DNA of 64,000 bases from Candidatus Kuenenbacteria bacterium (GCA_012797775.1 JAAZOM010000006.1:12815-76814), one strand, 5' to 3'; positions 27,809 through 35,702 are shown, counted from the stretch's first letter. The notes: a model not told the origin generated them from the sequence alone. A program made the numbers and translations.

Positions 27809-28173
27809 TCTCTGTTATTAATCATTTTATTTAATATTTTCATTACTTCATTTAATATATTATCTGCTTTTATAAAGCTACTTTCTTTTGCTAGTTTTAA
27901 TCTTTTCGCTATTTCAATTTGTGTTTCCAGTTCCGCGCCAGAGCCGAGGGCGATAATTAAGAAATGCCGAAAATCTGTGACACTACCACGCCTTCTTCCC
28001 TCGGCGATATTGGATGGTATAGAAACAACGGTTTTCTTTGTGTGTGTTGTTAAACCATATAATTCTGATGGTGGGTATTCTCGAGTCAACTCATAAACTG
28101 CAATAACAAGTTCCATTGCTTTCTGCCAGACAATTAGATCTCTATAATCTCCCCATTTATAATTCCCTTCCAT
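27805..28173 (-). CDS. Four-helix-bundle protein of the 23S rRNA intervening-sequence protein family.
   Basis: About 120 aa, with ...ELTREYPPSELYGLTTHTKKTVVSIPSNIAEG...FRHFLIIALGSGAELETQIEIAKRL, typical of that family. Flanked on both sides by CCTAC arrays. Confidence 0.65.
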   Translation of the reverse strand: MEGNYKWGDYRDLIVWQKAMELVIAVYELTREYPPSELYGLTTHTKKTVVSIPSNIAEGRRRGSVTDFRHFLIIALGSGAELETQIEIAKRLKLAKESSFIKADNILNEVMKILNKMINNRE

Positions 28174-28193
28174 AGTATTTAATAATTAATTTC

Positions 28194-28229
28194 CTACTTC
28201 CCTACCCACCTACACCCCTACTTCCCTAG
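28194..28229. repeat. Five CTAC(N4) units with an exact 8-bp phase.
   Basis: CTAC or CTAG starts at 28194, 28202, 28210, 28218 and 28226. Confidence 0.65.
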
Positions 28230-29159
28230 TATCCACGGATAATATTTCTTCACATATTTATCTACCTCATTCGGTTTGATCACCCCAAATTCGGTGATAT
28301 AGCCGGTGATCAGCTGCGCTGGTATTTTGTCAAAAGCAAAATTGATAATCTTTAGTTGTGCTGGGCTGTTCTTCCAAATTTCGGTTTTGGCGCGCAATTC
28401 TATCCCCATTTTTTTATTGGTTTTTTTCATGAGTGTGCCAGCCAGATAGACCGGGATCTTGGAAGTGTAGGCCGCGAGCGCAATGCCAAAACTACCCACT
28501 TTATTCAAAGCGGAATTGTCCGCCAAGATCACGTCAAAACCGATTATCACTTTGTCTATTTTTACTTTGTCGCCGGAAAAATTGGAAATCAGAAATTCGG
28601 CGGCTGAATCCACCACCATGGTATTATCAATTTTTAGTCTAGCCAGATCTTCAGAGGTTTTTCGTCCCTGCATGAGTGGCCGAGTTTCATCATTATAAAC
28701 GTGTATTTTCTTTTTCTGTTCTTTGGCCGCGCCCAAAATATTGATGACTGTTTGCGCATGGCAGTGCGTGAAAATATTTTCTTTGTTTTTTATCGTTCTA
28801 CTACCATAGAGAGAAATCCGCTGGCCATTTTTATGGAGTAATTCTGAAAAATCGGTTGCCTGTTTTTTGGCCAGTTTTTTCAATTCTACCACTTCACTAG
28901 CCCTGCTTTTGATCCCATGTTTTTCTGCCAGACGCAGATGCAAGTATTTAAAAGCATTAATCGTTAGTGGTTCATCTGGTCGGGCTTTGGCCAAGAGCTC
29001 GCCAGCGCGCTTGGCTTCATTCAGGAAAGTCACCGGATTTCTCATCTTCAGGATTGATAAATAGGCGACCCATGCTTCAATGCTCGCCCGGCAGATATTG
29101 CTGGCGCCCTGTATTTTTATAGAACGGATATCTTTTATTGTTTGGTTTAGACTAGCCAT
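28218..29159 (-). CDS. Ribose-1,5-bisphosphate isomerase (eIF-2B alpha/beta/delta-like, e2b2).
   Basis: IQGASNICRASIEAW, THCHAQTV and VIIGFDVILADNSALNKVGSFGIALAAYTSKIPVYLAG match the eIF2B-like MtnA/R15P isomerase fold. Sits next to RuBisCO. Confidence 0.75.
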   Translation of the reverse strand: MASLNQTIKDIRSIKIQGASNICRASIEAWVAYLSILKMRNPVTFLNEAKRAGELLAKARPDEPLTINAFKYLHLRLAEKHGIKSRASEVVELKKLAKKQATDFSELLHKNGQRISLYGSRTIKNKENIFTHCHAQTVINILGAAKEQKKKIHVYNDETRPLMQGRKTSEDLARLKIDNTMVVDSAAEFLISNFSGDKVKIDKVIIGFDVILADNSALNKVGSFGIALAAYTSKIPVYLAGTLMKKTNKKMGIELRAKTEIWKNSPAQLKIINFAFDKIPAQLITGYITEFGVIKPNEVDKYVKKYYPWILGK

Positions 29160-29268
29160 AGTTCAAAATTTAATGATGCTTTAATTTTACCAATTTTCGG
29201 GCGCCAAAGCAAAATTTGATTTTTTTGGCTGTTATTATATACTTGCTACATCAACTAATTTAATTTTT

Positions 29269-29760
29269 ATGGACAAAAGAATTCGACCTGACCACCATTT
29301 CCTTCGTCCAGAAGGCGACAAGAGCGCAGACAAAAAAGAAAGAAGTGAGCTCGAACAAGCGCTGGCCGATATTGCTCTCGAATTTATTACCAAAACAGAA
29401 CCGCACCCTGATAATGAAAAAATAGAAACACCGCTTTACTCGCCTTTAATTTTAAGAACACCAAGCAAGGCCAGACTTCGATCCGGGCTAAGGGAGAAGA
29501 AACTCTCTGAAGCTATAAAAATAAGAATATCAGATCAGCGATTAACAATTGATCTTCGTGAGGCCATTGAAAATCTTAACGGAGAGACCGAAGCGATGGA
29601 TGCGCAGGCTTTTAAAAATACCCTAGTCCAGGATGCTAGACCAGATCTCTTCAATGAGGCGACAGCCTATCTGCAAAATGACCTTACCGATTTTATTAGG
29701 GAAAAGTATCCCCAATTTACAGATATCAGAATTCTTCTTACCTACGAACCCACTCCATAA
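29269..29760 (+). CDS. Hypothetical protein, 163 aa.
   Basis: Charged, helical sequence with no recognisable family. A terminator follows. Confidence 0.45.
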   Translation: MDKRIRPDHHFLRPEGDKSADKKERSELEQALADIALEFITKTEPHPDNEKIETPLYSPLILRTPSKARLRSGLREKKLSEAIKIRISDQRLTIDLREAIENLNGETEAMDAQAFKNTLVQDARPDLFNEATAYLQNDLTDFIREKYPQFTDIRILLTYEPTP

Positions 29761-29761
29761 T

Positions 29762-29788
29762 AAAAAGCCCCTTCATGGGGCTTTTTTT
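29762..29788. terminator. Intrinsic terminator.
   Basis: aaaagcccc-ttcat-ggggcttttttt. Confidence 0.7.
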
Positions 29789-30045
29789 AGTAGAAGATAA
29801 ATTGCGACCGCTTGAGCTAAAATTATGAGATACATTATCAGATAAAAGTTAGCCTTGCGTCTTTTGTGTCTGGCTATCTCCATAGCCATTATCCCACCGA
29901 GTGACCCGCCGAGCAAAGACAACAGCCAGAGCACTTTTTCTGGTATGCGCCAGCCACCATATATTGAGCGCTGTTTGTCAAAAACAAAAATAATGAACGT
30001 TAAAACATTAATAGTGATGAGGTAGTAGAATAAATATTGAGTCAT
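29773..30045 (-). CDS. DUF1294 small membrane protein.
   Basis: FIIFVFDKQRSIYGGWRIPEKVLWLLSLLGGSLGGIMAMEIARHKRRKANFYL matches the DUF1294 pattern. Confidence 0.6.
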   Translation of the reverse strand: MTQYLFYYLITINVLTFIIFVFDKQRSIYGGWRIPEKVLWLLSLLGGSLGGIMAMEIARHKRRKANFYLIMYLIILAQAVAIYLLLKKAP

Positions 30046-30060
30046 TCTATCTTTAGTAGC

Positions 30061-30081
30061 GAGTAACGAGTGACGAGTAAT
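30061..30081. repeat. Three GAGTRAY heptamers with a 7-bp phase.
   Basis: gagtaac, gagtgac and gagtaat. This is the inverted partner of the array at 30490-30515. Confidence 0.55.
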
Positions 30082-30096
30082 GTGCTAAAGGGCGAC

Positions 30097-30468
30097 CTAA
30101 GTGTTTATTGATCTGATTAATCCATTTATTATTTGTCTAGTCTGATTACCCAGTTCGCCCAGTCTTTTGCATGTTTCCAAATTAATATACTCCAAGTCTT
30201 TTGATAATATCAAAAAATTTTGTACTTCGGCCACCGAGCCGCGCGCTTGATAATAAAACTTAGTCTTATCTTTAAAATGATATCTAGCAAAACCCTCAGC
30301 GATATTAGCACCAACAGAACTAGCTGCCCTTCTTAATTGGTTGGTGATTCCATATGTTTCGTCAGTCGGGAAAAGTTTTGTTATTTTATAAATTTCCAAT
30401 GCCAAAATGTGGGAGTATTTCCAGGCCTCTAAATCATAAAAATTATTTATTATATTTTTCTTTGACAT
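30097..30468 (-). CDS. Four-helix-bundle protein of the 23S rRNA intervening-sequence protein family. Paralog 2.
   Basis: About 123 aa, with ...ITNQLRRAASSVGANIAEGFARYHFKDKTKFYYQARGSVAEVQN. Flanked by inverted heptamer arrays. Confidence 0.65.
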   Translation of the reverse strand: MSKKNIINNFYDLEAWKYSHILALEIYKITKLFPTDETYGITNQLRRAASSVGANIAEGFARYHFKDKTKFYYQARGSVAEVQNFLILSKDLEYINLETCKRLGELGNQTRQIINGLIRSINT

Positions 30469-30489
30469 ATTAATTATTCATTTCCCTTA

Positions 30490-30515
30490 TTACCTATTAC
30501 ACATTACTCATTACT
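30490..30515. repeat. Four ATTACNN heptamers with a 7-bp phase (reverse complement GTAAT).
   Basis: TTAC starts at 30490, 30497, 30504 and 30511. Confidence 0.55.
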
Positions 30516-31902
30516 AAAGTACCACTCGTTCTCCCTTTTCTGGCATCACAATCTGCCCAATCTGATTTTTATCTAGCTTCTCCGCCAAGACACTCATCGC
30601 TCCTGCTTCACCATGGACTAGAAATAATTTTTTCAGTTTGCCAACGCCCCCAATAAATTTAACCAGATCATACTGATCCGCGTGGGCGGACAGAGAATTT
30701 AAAACCACTATTTTCGCCTTGACTGCCAGATTTTCATTCAAGATATTTACCTTTTCTGCTCCCTCGAGTAGTTTTCTACCCAAGGTATTCTCGGCCATGA
30801 AACCAACTATCACTACGGTATTTCTCGGGTCACTGATGCTATTTTTCAGATGGTGCCGGATGCGTCCGAACTCACACATACCCGAAGCTGAGATAATTAT
30901 GCATGGCTGTTTTGTATTATTCAATTTTTTTGATTCTTCTGGCGTTTCTACAAAACGCAGTGTGGTAAAAATAAAGGGATCTTTGCCTTGCTCCAAAAAA
31001 GTTTTCTGTGTTTCTTCGTCCAGTAGATCAGGATAATCAGAAAAAGCCTCACTCACTCTTTCTGTTAGTGGACTGTCCAAATAGACAAATAAAGGCGGTA
31101 TGGCTTTTTGATTGATCAATTCATGGATAATATACAAGAGTTCCTGCGCGCGCTCTAAGGCAAAAGAGGGGATGATCACCTTGCCGCCTCGGGCATAGGT
31201 CTCATTGATTGCTTTGGCCAGGTCGAGATATGAAGTGGACAGGCTGTCATGGACCCGGTCGCCATAAGTACTTTCCGAGATCAGATAATCAACCGCCCGG
31301 ATTTGCTCCGGGTCTTTGAGAATCGGTAAAAATTTGCGACCCAAATCTCCGGTGAATCCGAGGCGCACTATTTGTCCATTTTCCGTTAATTCCAAAGTCA
31401 ATAAAGCTGAGCCAAGTACATGCCCAGCATCGCGGAAATAAGCTTTGACCCCCGGCAATGGTTCAAATTCTTCATGATAATTCACGCCCACAAATTGCTT
31501 CATGGCTGGAGCCACATCATCAGGTGTATAGATTGGTTCTAGCGGTGTTGTCTCTGGTAATTGTTTGCGATTCAGATATTCCACATCATAAACCTGCACT
31601 CGGGCACTATCCTCGAGCATCAATTCCGTGATCTGCTCAGTAGCTTTGGTGCAATAAATTTTGCCCTTGAAACCCTGCTTGACCAGATTGGGAATATTGC
31701 CCGAGTGGTCAATATGGGCATGGCTCAAGATCATGGCATCAATACTCTTGGGGTCAAAAGGAAATTCTCTGTTTATACTTTCCATATCCCGCCTTTGTCC
31801 TTGCCAAAAGCCGCACTCCAAAAGGAGTTTTTTATTATTTATAGTGATCACATATTGTGAGCCAGTGACAGTTTTGCAGGCCCCGAAAAATTCTATTTTC
31901 AT
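30514..31902 (-). CDS. Metallo-beta-lactamase / beta-CASP family ribonuclease (RNase J / CPSF-like).
   Basis: HAHIDHSG motif within an MBL fold, plus a beta-CASP region and a C-terminal HGE block. Confidence 0.7.
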   Translation of the reverse strand: MKIEFFGACKTVTGSQYVITINNKKLLLECGFWQGQRRDMESINREFPFDPKSIDAMILSHAHIDHSGNIPNLVKQGFKGKIYCTKATEQITELMLEDSARVQVYDVEYLNRKQLPETTPLEPIYTPDDVAPAMKQFVGVNYHEEFEPLPGVKAYFRDAGHVLGSALLTLELTENGQIVRLGFTGDLGRKFLPILKDPEQIRAVDYLISESTYGDRVHDSLSTSYLDLAKAINETYARGGKVIIPSFALERAQELLYIIHELINQKAIPPLFVYLDSPLTERVSEAFSDYPDLLDEETQKTFLEQGKDPFIFTTLRFVETPEESKKLNNTKQPCIIISASGMCEFGRIRHHLKNSISDPRNTVVIVGFMAENTLGRKLLEGAEKVNILNENLAVKAKIVVLNSLSAHADQYDLVKFIGGVGKLKKLFLVHGEAGAMSVLAEKLDKNQIGQIVMPEKGERVVL

Positions 31903-31905
31903 AAA

Positions 31906-31945
31906 TAAGCGAGTTAAGCAGTAAGTGAGGTAAGCAAGATAAGCA
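31906..31945. repeat. TAAGYRAG-type array with an 8-9 bp phase.
   Basis: TAAG starts at 31906, 31915, 31922, 31931 and 31940, immediately upstream of the beta-CASP gene start. A similar array lies at 18512-18545, upstream of the 18478-18506 promoter. Confidence 0.5.
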
Positions 31946-32109
31946 ACTTAAAAGAAACTTTTTGCCCATCACCTCTTTGTAATTATAATTTTATCCCATA
32001 TCACCGCCCTTTGACAAATTTTCAAAAATAGTTTATTTTAAAAAGCACTATCTCAGACACAAAAGAACGGTAAACAAAAAAGAAAAAACGGAACAGAAAG
32101 GAGCAGAAA

Positions 32110-32271
32110 TTGGAGGAGTGTATTTTTTGTAAAAAAAGAAGGCTCATTGGCAATCCGCACTTCATCCACTGGGAACATCTGCCCAGCCCGTACTCAATTC
32201 GGGGCCAGGAACTGCGGACGGTCAATGTCCAGATGGTAGTCTGTGAGGAGTGCAAGGGCAAACAATCGTGA
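32110..32271 (+). CDS. Small C4 zinc-ribbon protein, paralog a (53 aa, TTG start).
   Basis: AAGGAG ribosome-binding site 6 nt before the TTG. CIFC...HWEHLPSP...CEEC. The gene is GC-rich. Confidence 0.4.
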   Translation: MEECIFCKKRRLIGNPHFIHWEHLPSPYSIRGQELRTVNVQMVVCEECKGKQS

Positions 32272-32284
32272 GGAGGTGTGTGGT

Positions 32285-32521
32285 ATGATAAGGAACCGAA
32301 AAGCAGCAGCAGTAGGTAAATGCCGGGTTTGCGGAAGGCATCGCTGGGAGGGTGCTTGGCATAGTCGTGGCTCTGAACCCCAGTCTCTTCGGGCTATTTT
32401 AAACAATCCCTTGGGACACAGGGTGAAGCCGACCATTTGCAGTAACTGTCAGACTGCCAAAGATCAGCTCACTACCCGGTCAGTACCAGCCAATCTTCGC
32501 CGAGTTAGGAGGCAAGAGTGA
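32285..32521 (+). CDS. Small C4 zinc-ribbon protein, paralog b (78 aa).
   Basis: GAGGAGG ribosome-binding site before ATG 32285. CRVC...W..AWHSRGSEP...CSNC. Confidence 0.45.
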   Translation: MIRNRKAAAVGKCRVCGRHRWEGAWHSRGSEPQSLRAILNNPLGHRVKPTICSNCQTAKDQLTTRSVPANLRRVRRQE

Positions 32522-32679
32522 TAAGATACCCCCAATGTCCCATCTGTAACTTAGTGGAGGTAGAGAATGGCCGGTGGCAGCCACTCTATACTTTCTCTAA
32601 GGAGGAACAGCGAAAAATAGTTCCTCATCTCCACCGGGTGGACGGCTGCCATTGCCAAAGGGGAGGAGAACGCGGATAA
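32518..32679 (+). CDS. Small zinc-ribbon protein, paralog c (53 aa, GTG start overlapping the upstream stop).
   Basis: GTGA start-stop overlap with paralog b. CPIC...RWQPLYT...CHC. Confidence 0.35.
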   Translation: MIRYPQCPICNLVEVENGRWQPLYTFSKEEQRKIVPHLHRVDGCHCQRGGERG

Positions 32680-32738
32680 ATAAACTTCCGCGGGCCCTTC
32701 CTAGCCATACGAGGCGCAACTGTTTTAAAGGTTGTGCC

Positions 32739-32768
32739 TTATTTTTTACCAAAACAAAATCCACTCGC
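32739..32768 (-). terminator. Intrinsic terminator on the minus strand.
   Basis: ccactc-gccatg-gagtgg hairpin followed on the minus strand by a T-run. Lies downstream of the 32883-33059 gene. Confidence 0.5.
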
Positions 32769-32882
32769 CATGGAGTGGATTAAAATATGATCTTCTATTT
32801 TCAGTTGGCAAACCGCTTTTACCAGCTAAAAATAAAAGGGGGAGAGCAGTAAGCCACCACACCACACCCCCCGATTTTGCTT

Positions 32883-33059
32883 TCAGTCGGCCATAAAGTC
32901 AATGGCCCAAAGAAAGGCTTCGCCCAGTCCCTCCCAGCGCGCCTGCGCCAGAAAGAACAGGGTGACGAGCCCCAGTCCGAAGCCGAACAGCTCAGCCCGG
33001 TGCTCTTTTAGGGTTTCGAGGAGGTCCTCGACCCCATTAAAAATAAAATCAATCAGCAT
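32883..33059 (-). CDS. Small hydrophobic protein, 58 aa.
   Basis: GGAG ribosome-binding site about 7 nt before the ATG. Driven by the consensus promoter at 33117-33145. Sequence MLIDFIFNGVEDLLETLKEHRAELFGFGLGLVTLFFLAQARWEGLGEAFLWAIDFMAD. GC-rich. Confidence 0.45.
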   Translation of the reverse strand: MLIDFIFNGVEDLLETLKEHRAELFGFGLGLVTLFFLAQARWEGLGEAFLWAIDFMAD

Positions 33060-33116
33060 ATTTTTTCTCCTTTCTGCTGATTTTTATTTTTTTGGTTTTT
33101 AATGTTCAATTAATAT

Positions 33117-33145
33117 ATTATAGCATATATTAATACTTTTGTCAA
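33117..33145 (-). promoter_or_regulatory. Consensus sigma70 promoter TTGACA-17-TGCTATAAT on the minus strand.
   Basis: The reverse complement reads TTGACAAAAGTATTAATATATGCTATAAT. It is near-identical to the promoter at 18478-18506. Confidence 0.65.
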
Positions 33146-33203
33146 TAGACAAAAGTAAACAAAAACCGCTTAAAATTTGTCTAAACGGTTTTTATTAAAA
33201 AAA

Positions 33204-33533
33204 TTAAAGTAACTTTTCCAATTCTGCTTTCAGGATTTCTTTGGGTCTAAAACCAACAATTTCATAAATCAGCTTGCCAGCTTTGAAAACCTTGAGGTTG
33301 GGGATACTCATGACTAGATATTTCTCTGATAATTCATAATTATCTTCCTCGTTGGTATCCAGCTTGGTAATTTTTATTTTACCTTCCATTTCTTCAGCTA
33401 GCTGATCAAGAACTGGAGCCATCATCTGGCACGGCCCACACCATGGCGCATAAAAGTCCACCAAGACCGGCAACTCCGATTCTAGGACTTCTTTTTGAAA
33501 ATTATCTTTGGTTAGTTCCATTGCTTTTAACAT
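33204..33533 (-). CDS. trxA: Thioredoxin.
   Basis: WCGPC active site in the FYAPWCGPCQMMAP context. Confidence 0.92.
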   Translation of the reverse strand: MLKAMELTKDNFQKEVLESELPVLVDFYAPWCGPCQMMAPVLDQLAEEMEGKIKITKLDTNEEDNYELSEKYLVMSIPNLKVFKAGKLIYEIVGFRPKEILKAELEKLL

Positions 33534-33673
33534 ATATTTTTTTGATTGATTTATAAGGTGTGTCTATCTTAGCATATAATATTTTTGCGGTAAAGTTTGA
33601 CATATTTTTCTTTATTTAGTAAGTTTAGCTCAAAAGAAAATCACCCACAGAACCATAAAAGGAGGTAGCTGTC

Positions 33674-34420
33674 ATGAGTACGCATATTGGAGCAAAAAAA
33701 GGCCAGATCGCCGACGTAGTCTTATTGCCCGGTGATCCGCTCCGAGCTGCCTGGCTGGCAAAAAAATTCTTAAAGGCCCCAGAGACAGTTCATGATGTCC
33801 GCGGTATGCCCTGCTACACCGGGTTCCGTCATTGTTTCAGGGCCCTCCCCGGTCAACTCGCTTGTACCAAAAAATTGATATCCATCCAGTCCAGCGGCAT
33901 GGGCATGCCATCACTCGGCATTTATGTCGAGGAGCTGGCAAGAGACTTCGGGGTCAAAAAAATTATCCGTCTCGGCACCTGCGGAGCCTTGCAAGAAAAA
34001 ATTAATCTTCGCGATATTATCATCGCGATGGGGGCTTGCTCTGATTCGGCCTCCAATATTCACCGCTTTGGGCCAGCCATGAGTTTCGCTCCTATCGCCG
34101 ATCCGGCTCTTTATCGTGACGCCGTCCTCCAGGCCGAAGACCGGGGATTGCCTTTCCACACTGGCAATGTCTTTGCCACGGATGATTTCTATGATCACAG
34201 TGAGCCGCCGAGGTGGCAAAAGTTTGCTCGATATGGTGCTCTGGCTGTTGAAATGGAAACAGCAAAGCTCTATACCCTGGCCGCCTATTATGGGATACAG
34301 GCGCTGTCGCTACTCGTGGTCAGCGACCACCTGGCTCGCGAGGAAAAGCCCCTGACCTCAGAAGAGCGGGTGACCTGCTGTAGCGACATAGCTATGATCG
34401 CCCTGAGCATTGTTGCCTAG
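33674..34420 (+). CDS. deoD: Purine nucleoside phosphorylase, DeoD type (PNP/UDP family 1).
   Basis: VVLLPGDPLRA, GMGMPS, RLGTCG, GACSDS and EMETAKLY blocks align closely with DeoD. The gene is GC-rich. Confidence 0.8.
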   Translation: MSTHIGAKKGQIADVVLLPGDPLRAAWLAKKFLKAPETVHDVRGMPCYTGFRHCFRALPGQLACTKKLISIQSSGMGMPSLGIYVEELARDFGVKKIIRLGTCGALQEKINLRDIIIAMGACSDSASNIHRFGPAMSFAPIADPALYRDAVLQAEDRGLPFHTGNVFATDDFYDHSEPPRWQKFARYGALAVEMETAKLYTLAAYYGIQALSLLVVSDHLAREEKPLTSEERVTCCSDIAMIALSIVA

Positions 34421-34686
34421 TGGCTATCCGTCTCAAAAACAAAGAGCATTCGATTTTATTGAGTGCTCTTTTTATTATTGTTCAAAACAAAAAATACCCT
34501 CTCGCGAGGATATTTTTTTACGCTGTACAGCCCGCCTGCCGGCGAGGCAGTGATTGAACTGTTAAAAAGATTCACTGGATCTTTTTAACCTTTCTCCTTA
34601 GTTGAGAAGTGCCGGGGGCACTTCCAACGGAGCTGCTCGCCGCTCCCTTTTAAACAAAAAACATTCGCCGCAACGAATGTCTTTTG

Positions 34687-34762
34687 TGGTACGCTGTACA
34701 GGATTCGAACCTGTGACCTTCTCCTTAAAAGGGAGCTGCTCTACCAACTGAGCTAACAGCGC
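34687..34762 (-). tRNA. tRNA-Lys (anticodon TTT).
   Basis: Manual fold: GCGCTGT/ACAGCGT acceptor stem, GCTC-AGTTGGTAGAGC D arm, GCTCC-CTTTTAA-GGAGA anticodon arm, ACAGG-TTCGAAT-CCTGT T arm, encoded CCA. Confidence 0.85.
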
Positions 34763-34896
34763 ATATGGCAAAAACTCAAAATTCAAAAATTAAAAGTCAA
34801 AATTAAGGTTAATTTATTTTATTAGGCGAAGTTGGTCCAACTGCCTGCCCCGCACCTTTATGGCTGCGGGGAGCTAACAGCGCATAAGTTTTGTAA

Positions 34897-34980
34897 TTTA
34901 CCCTGAACGTCAGTGAAGGGTCCCATCTCAATTTGATAAAACGCGAGATTTTTCCCCTGCGTCTGTGGGGTAAGGATAAA
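34897..34980. repeat. Interspersed repeat element, copy B (short form).
   Basis: TTTACCCTGAACG...AGTGAAGGGTCCCA...CCCCTGCGTCTGTGGGGTAAGGATAAA. It abuts a 16-bp copy of the tRNA-Lys 5' end. Confidence 0.5.
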
Positions 34981-35049
34981 CTCAATACAACATATCTAAA
35001 AAAATCTTAACAGAAAATTAAAAATCAATCAAGGCTTTGGCTAATTATT

Positions 35050-35093
35050 TTATTTAAAAAAAGAGGGCGTCAGGAAATTTTTCCTAACGCCCA
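35050..35093 (-). terminator. Intrinsic terminator on the minus strand.
   Basis: gggcgtcagga-aattttt-tcctaacgccc hairpin, downstream of the 35111-35257 ORF. Confidence 0.55.
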
Positions 35094-35110
35094 AAATTGG
35101 GCCACTCAGC

Positions 35111-35257
35111 TTACATAGTCTGGGTTACATTCCCATTATTATCAACCCTGATTATGTTCACTTTATCCCATCTGGAGCAGCTATGGGAGCCGCCCCAGCG
35201 CACCATGTGTGTACAGCGGCACAGATTGCAAGTAACTTGTTTGTATCTTAAACTCAT
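35111..35257 (-). CDS. Small Cys-rich protein, 48 aa.
   Basis: AGGAGG ribosome-binding site about 7 nt before the ATG. MSLRYKQVTCNLCRCTHMVRWGGSHSCSRWDKVNIIRVDNNGNVTQTM. GC-rich. Confidence 0.4.
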   Translation of the reverse strand: MSLRYKQVTCNLCRCTHMVRWGGSHSCSRWDKVNIIRVDNNGNVTQTM

Positions 35258-35400
35258 CCCGCCCTCCTCTGGCTATTTATATTACTATTTTTGCTCTATT
35301 TTTTGTCTTATCAATACAATCTAGACAACCTAACTTTTTTGCATTATTTTGCCAAACAACAAAACCTGCCAGTAGCTTTGCCAGCCGACCTATGTCTTTT

Positions 35401-35688
35401 TTAATAGAAAAGTTTTGCTCCCTTGAGAGCAGAAAACATTATCTCTGTCATTGGCTCAGGGATTTTTATTTCAAAAGACTTACCTCTTCCCCGAGCCAAT
35501 TCCTGGGCATCCGCCAGTCCTCGAGCCTCACTAGGGTCGATAGCCACCAACTTGGTCAGGTCCACTACGATCAGCTCAGCCTTTTGCCGGCGGATGAGGG
35601 CGCCCACCTCCGGTGCTAGGTTGAACAGGTCATTTCCGTTTTGAACCATCAGAGAGAAAACCCTGGCACCCAAATTTTTTACTATCAT
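35401..35688 (-). CDS. STAS-domain protein (anti-sigma-factor-antagonist-like). Paralog 1.
   Basis: ELIVVDLTKLVAIDPSEARGLADAQELARGRG resembles the STAS LDLSxVxFIDSSGLG core. Confidence 0.5.
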   Translation of the reverse strand: MIVKNLGARVFSLMVQNGNDLFNLAPEVGALIRRQKAELIVVDLTKLVAIDPSEARGLADAQELARGRGKSFEIKIPEPMTEIMFSALKGAKLFY

Positions 35689-35702
35689 CTAATGCCTCCA
35701 TT

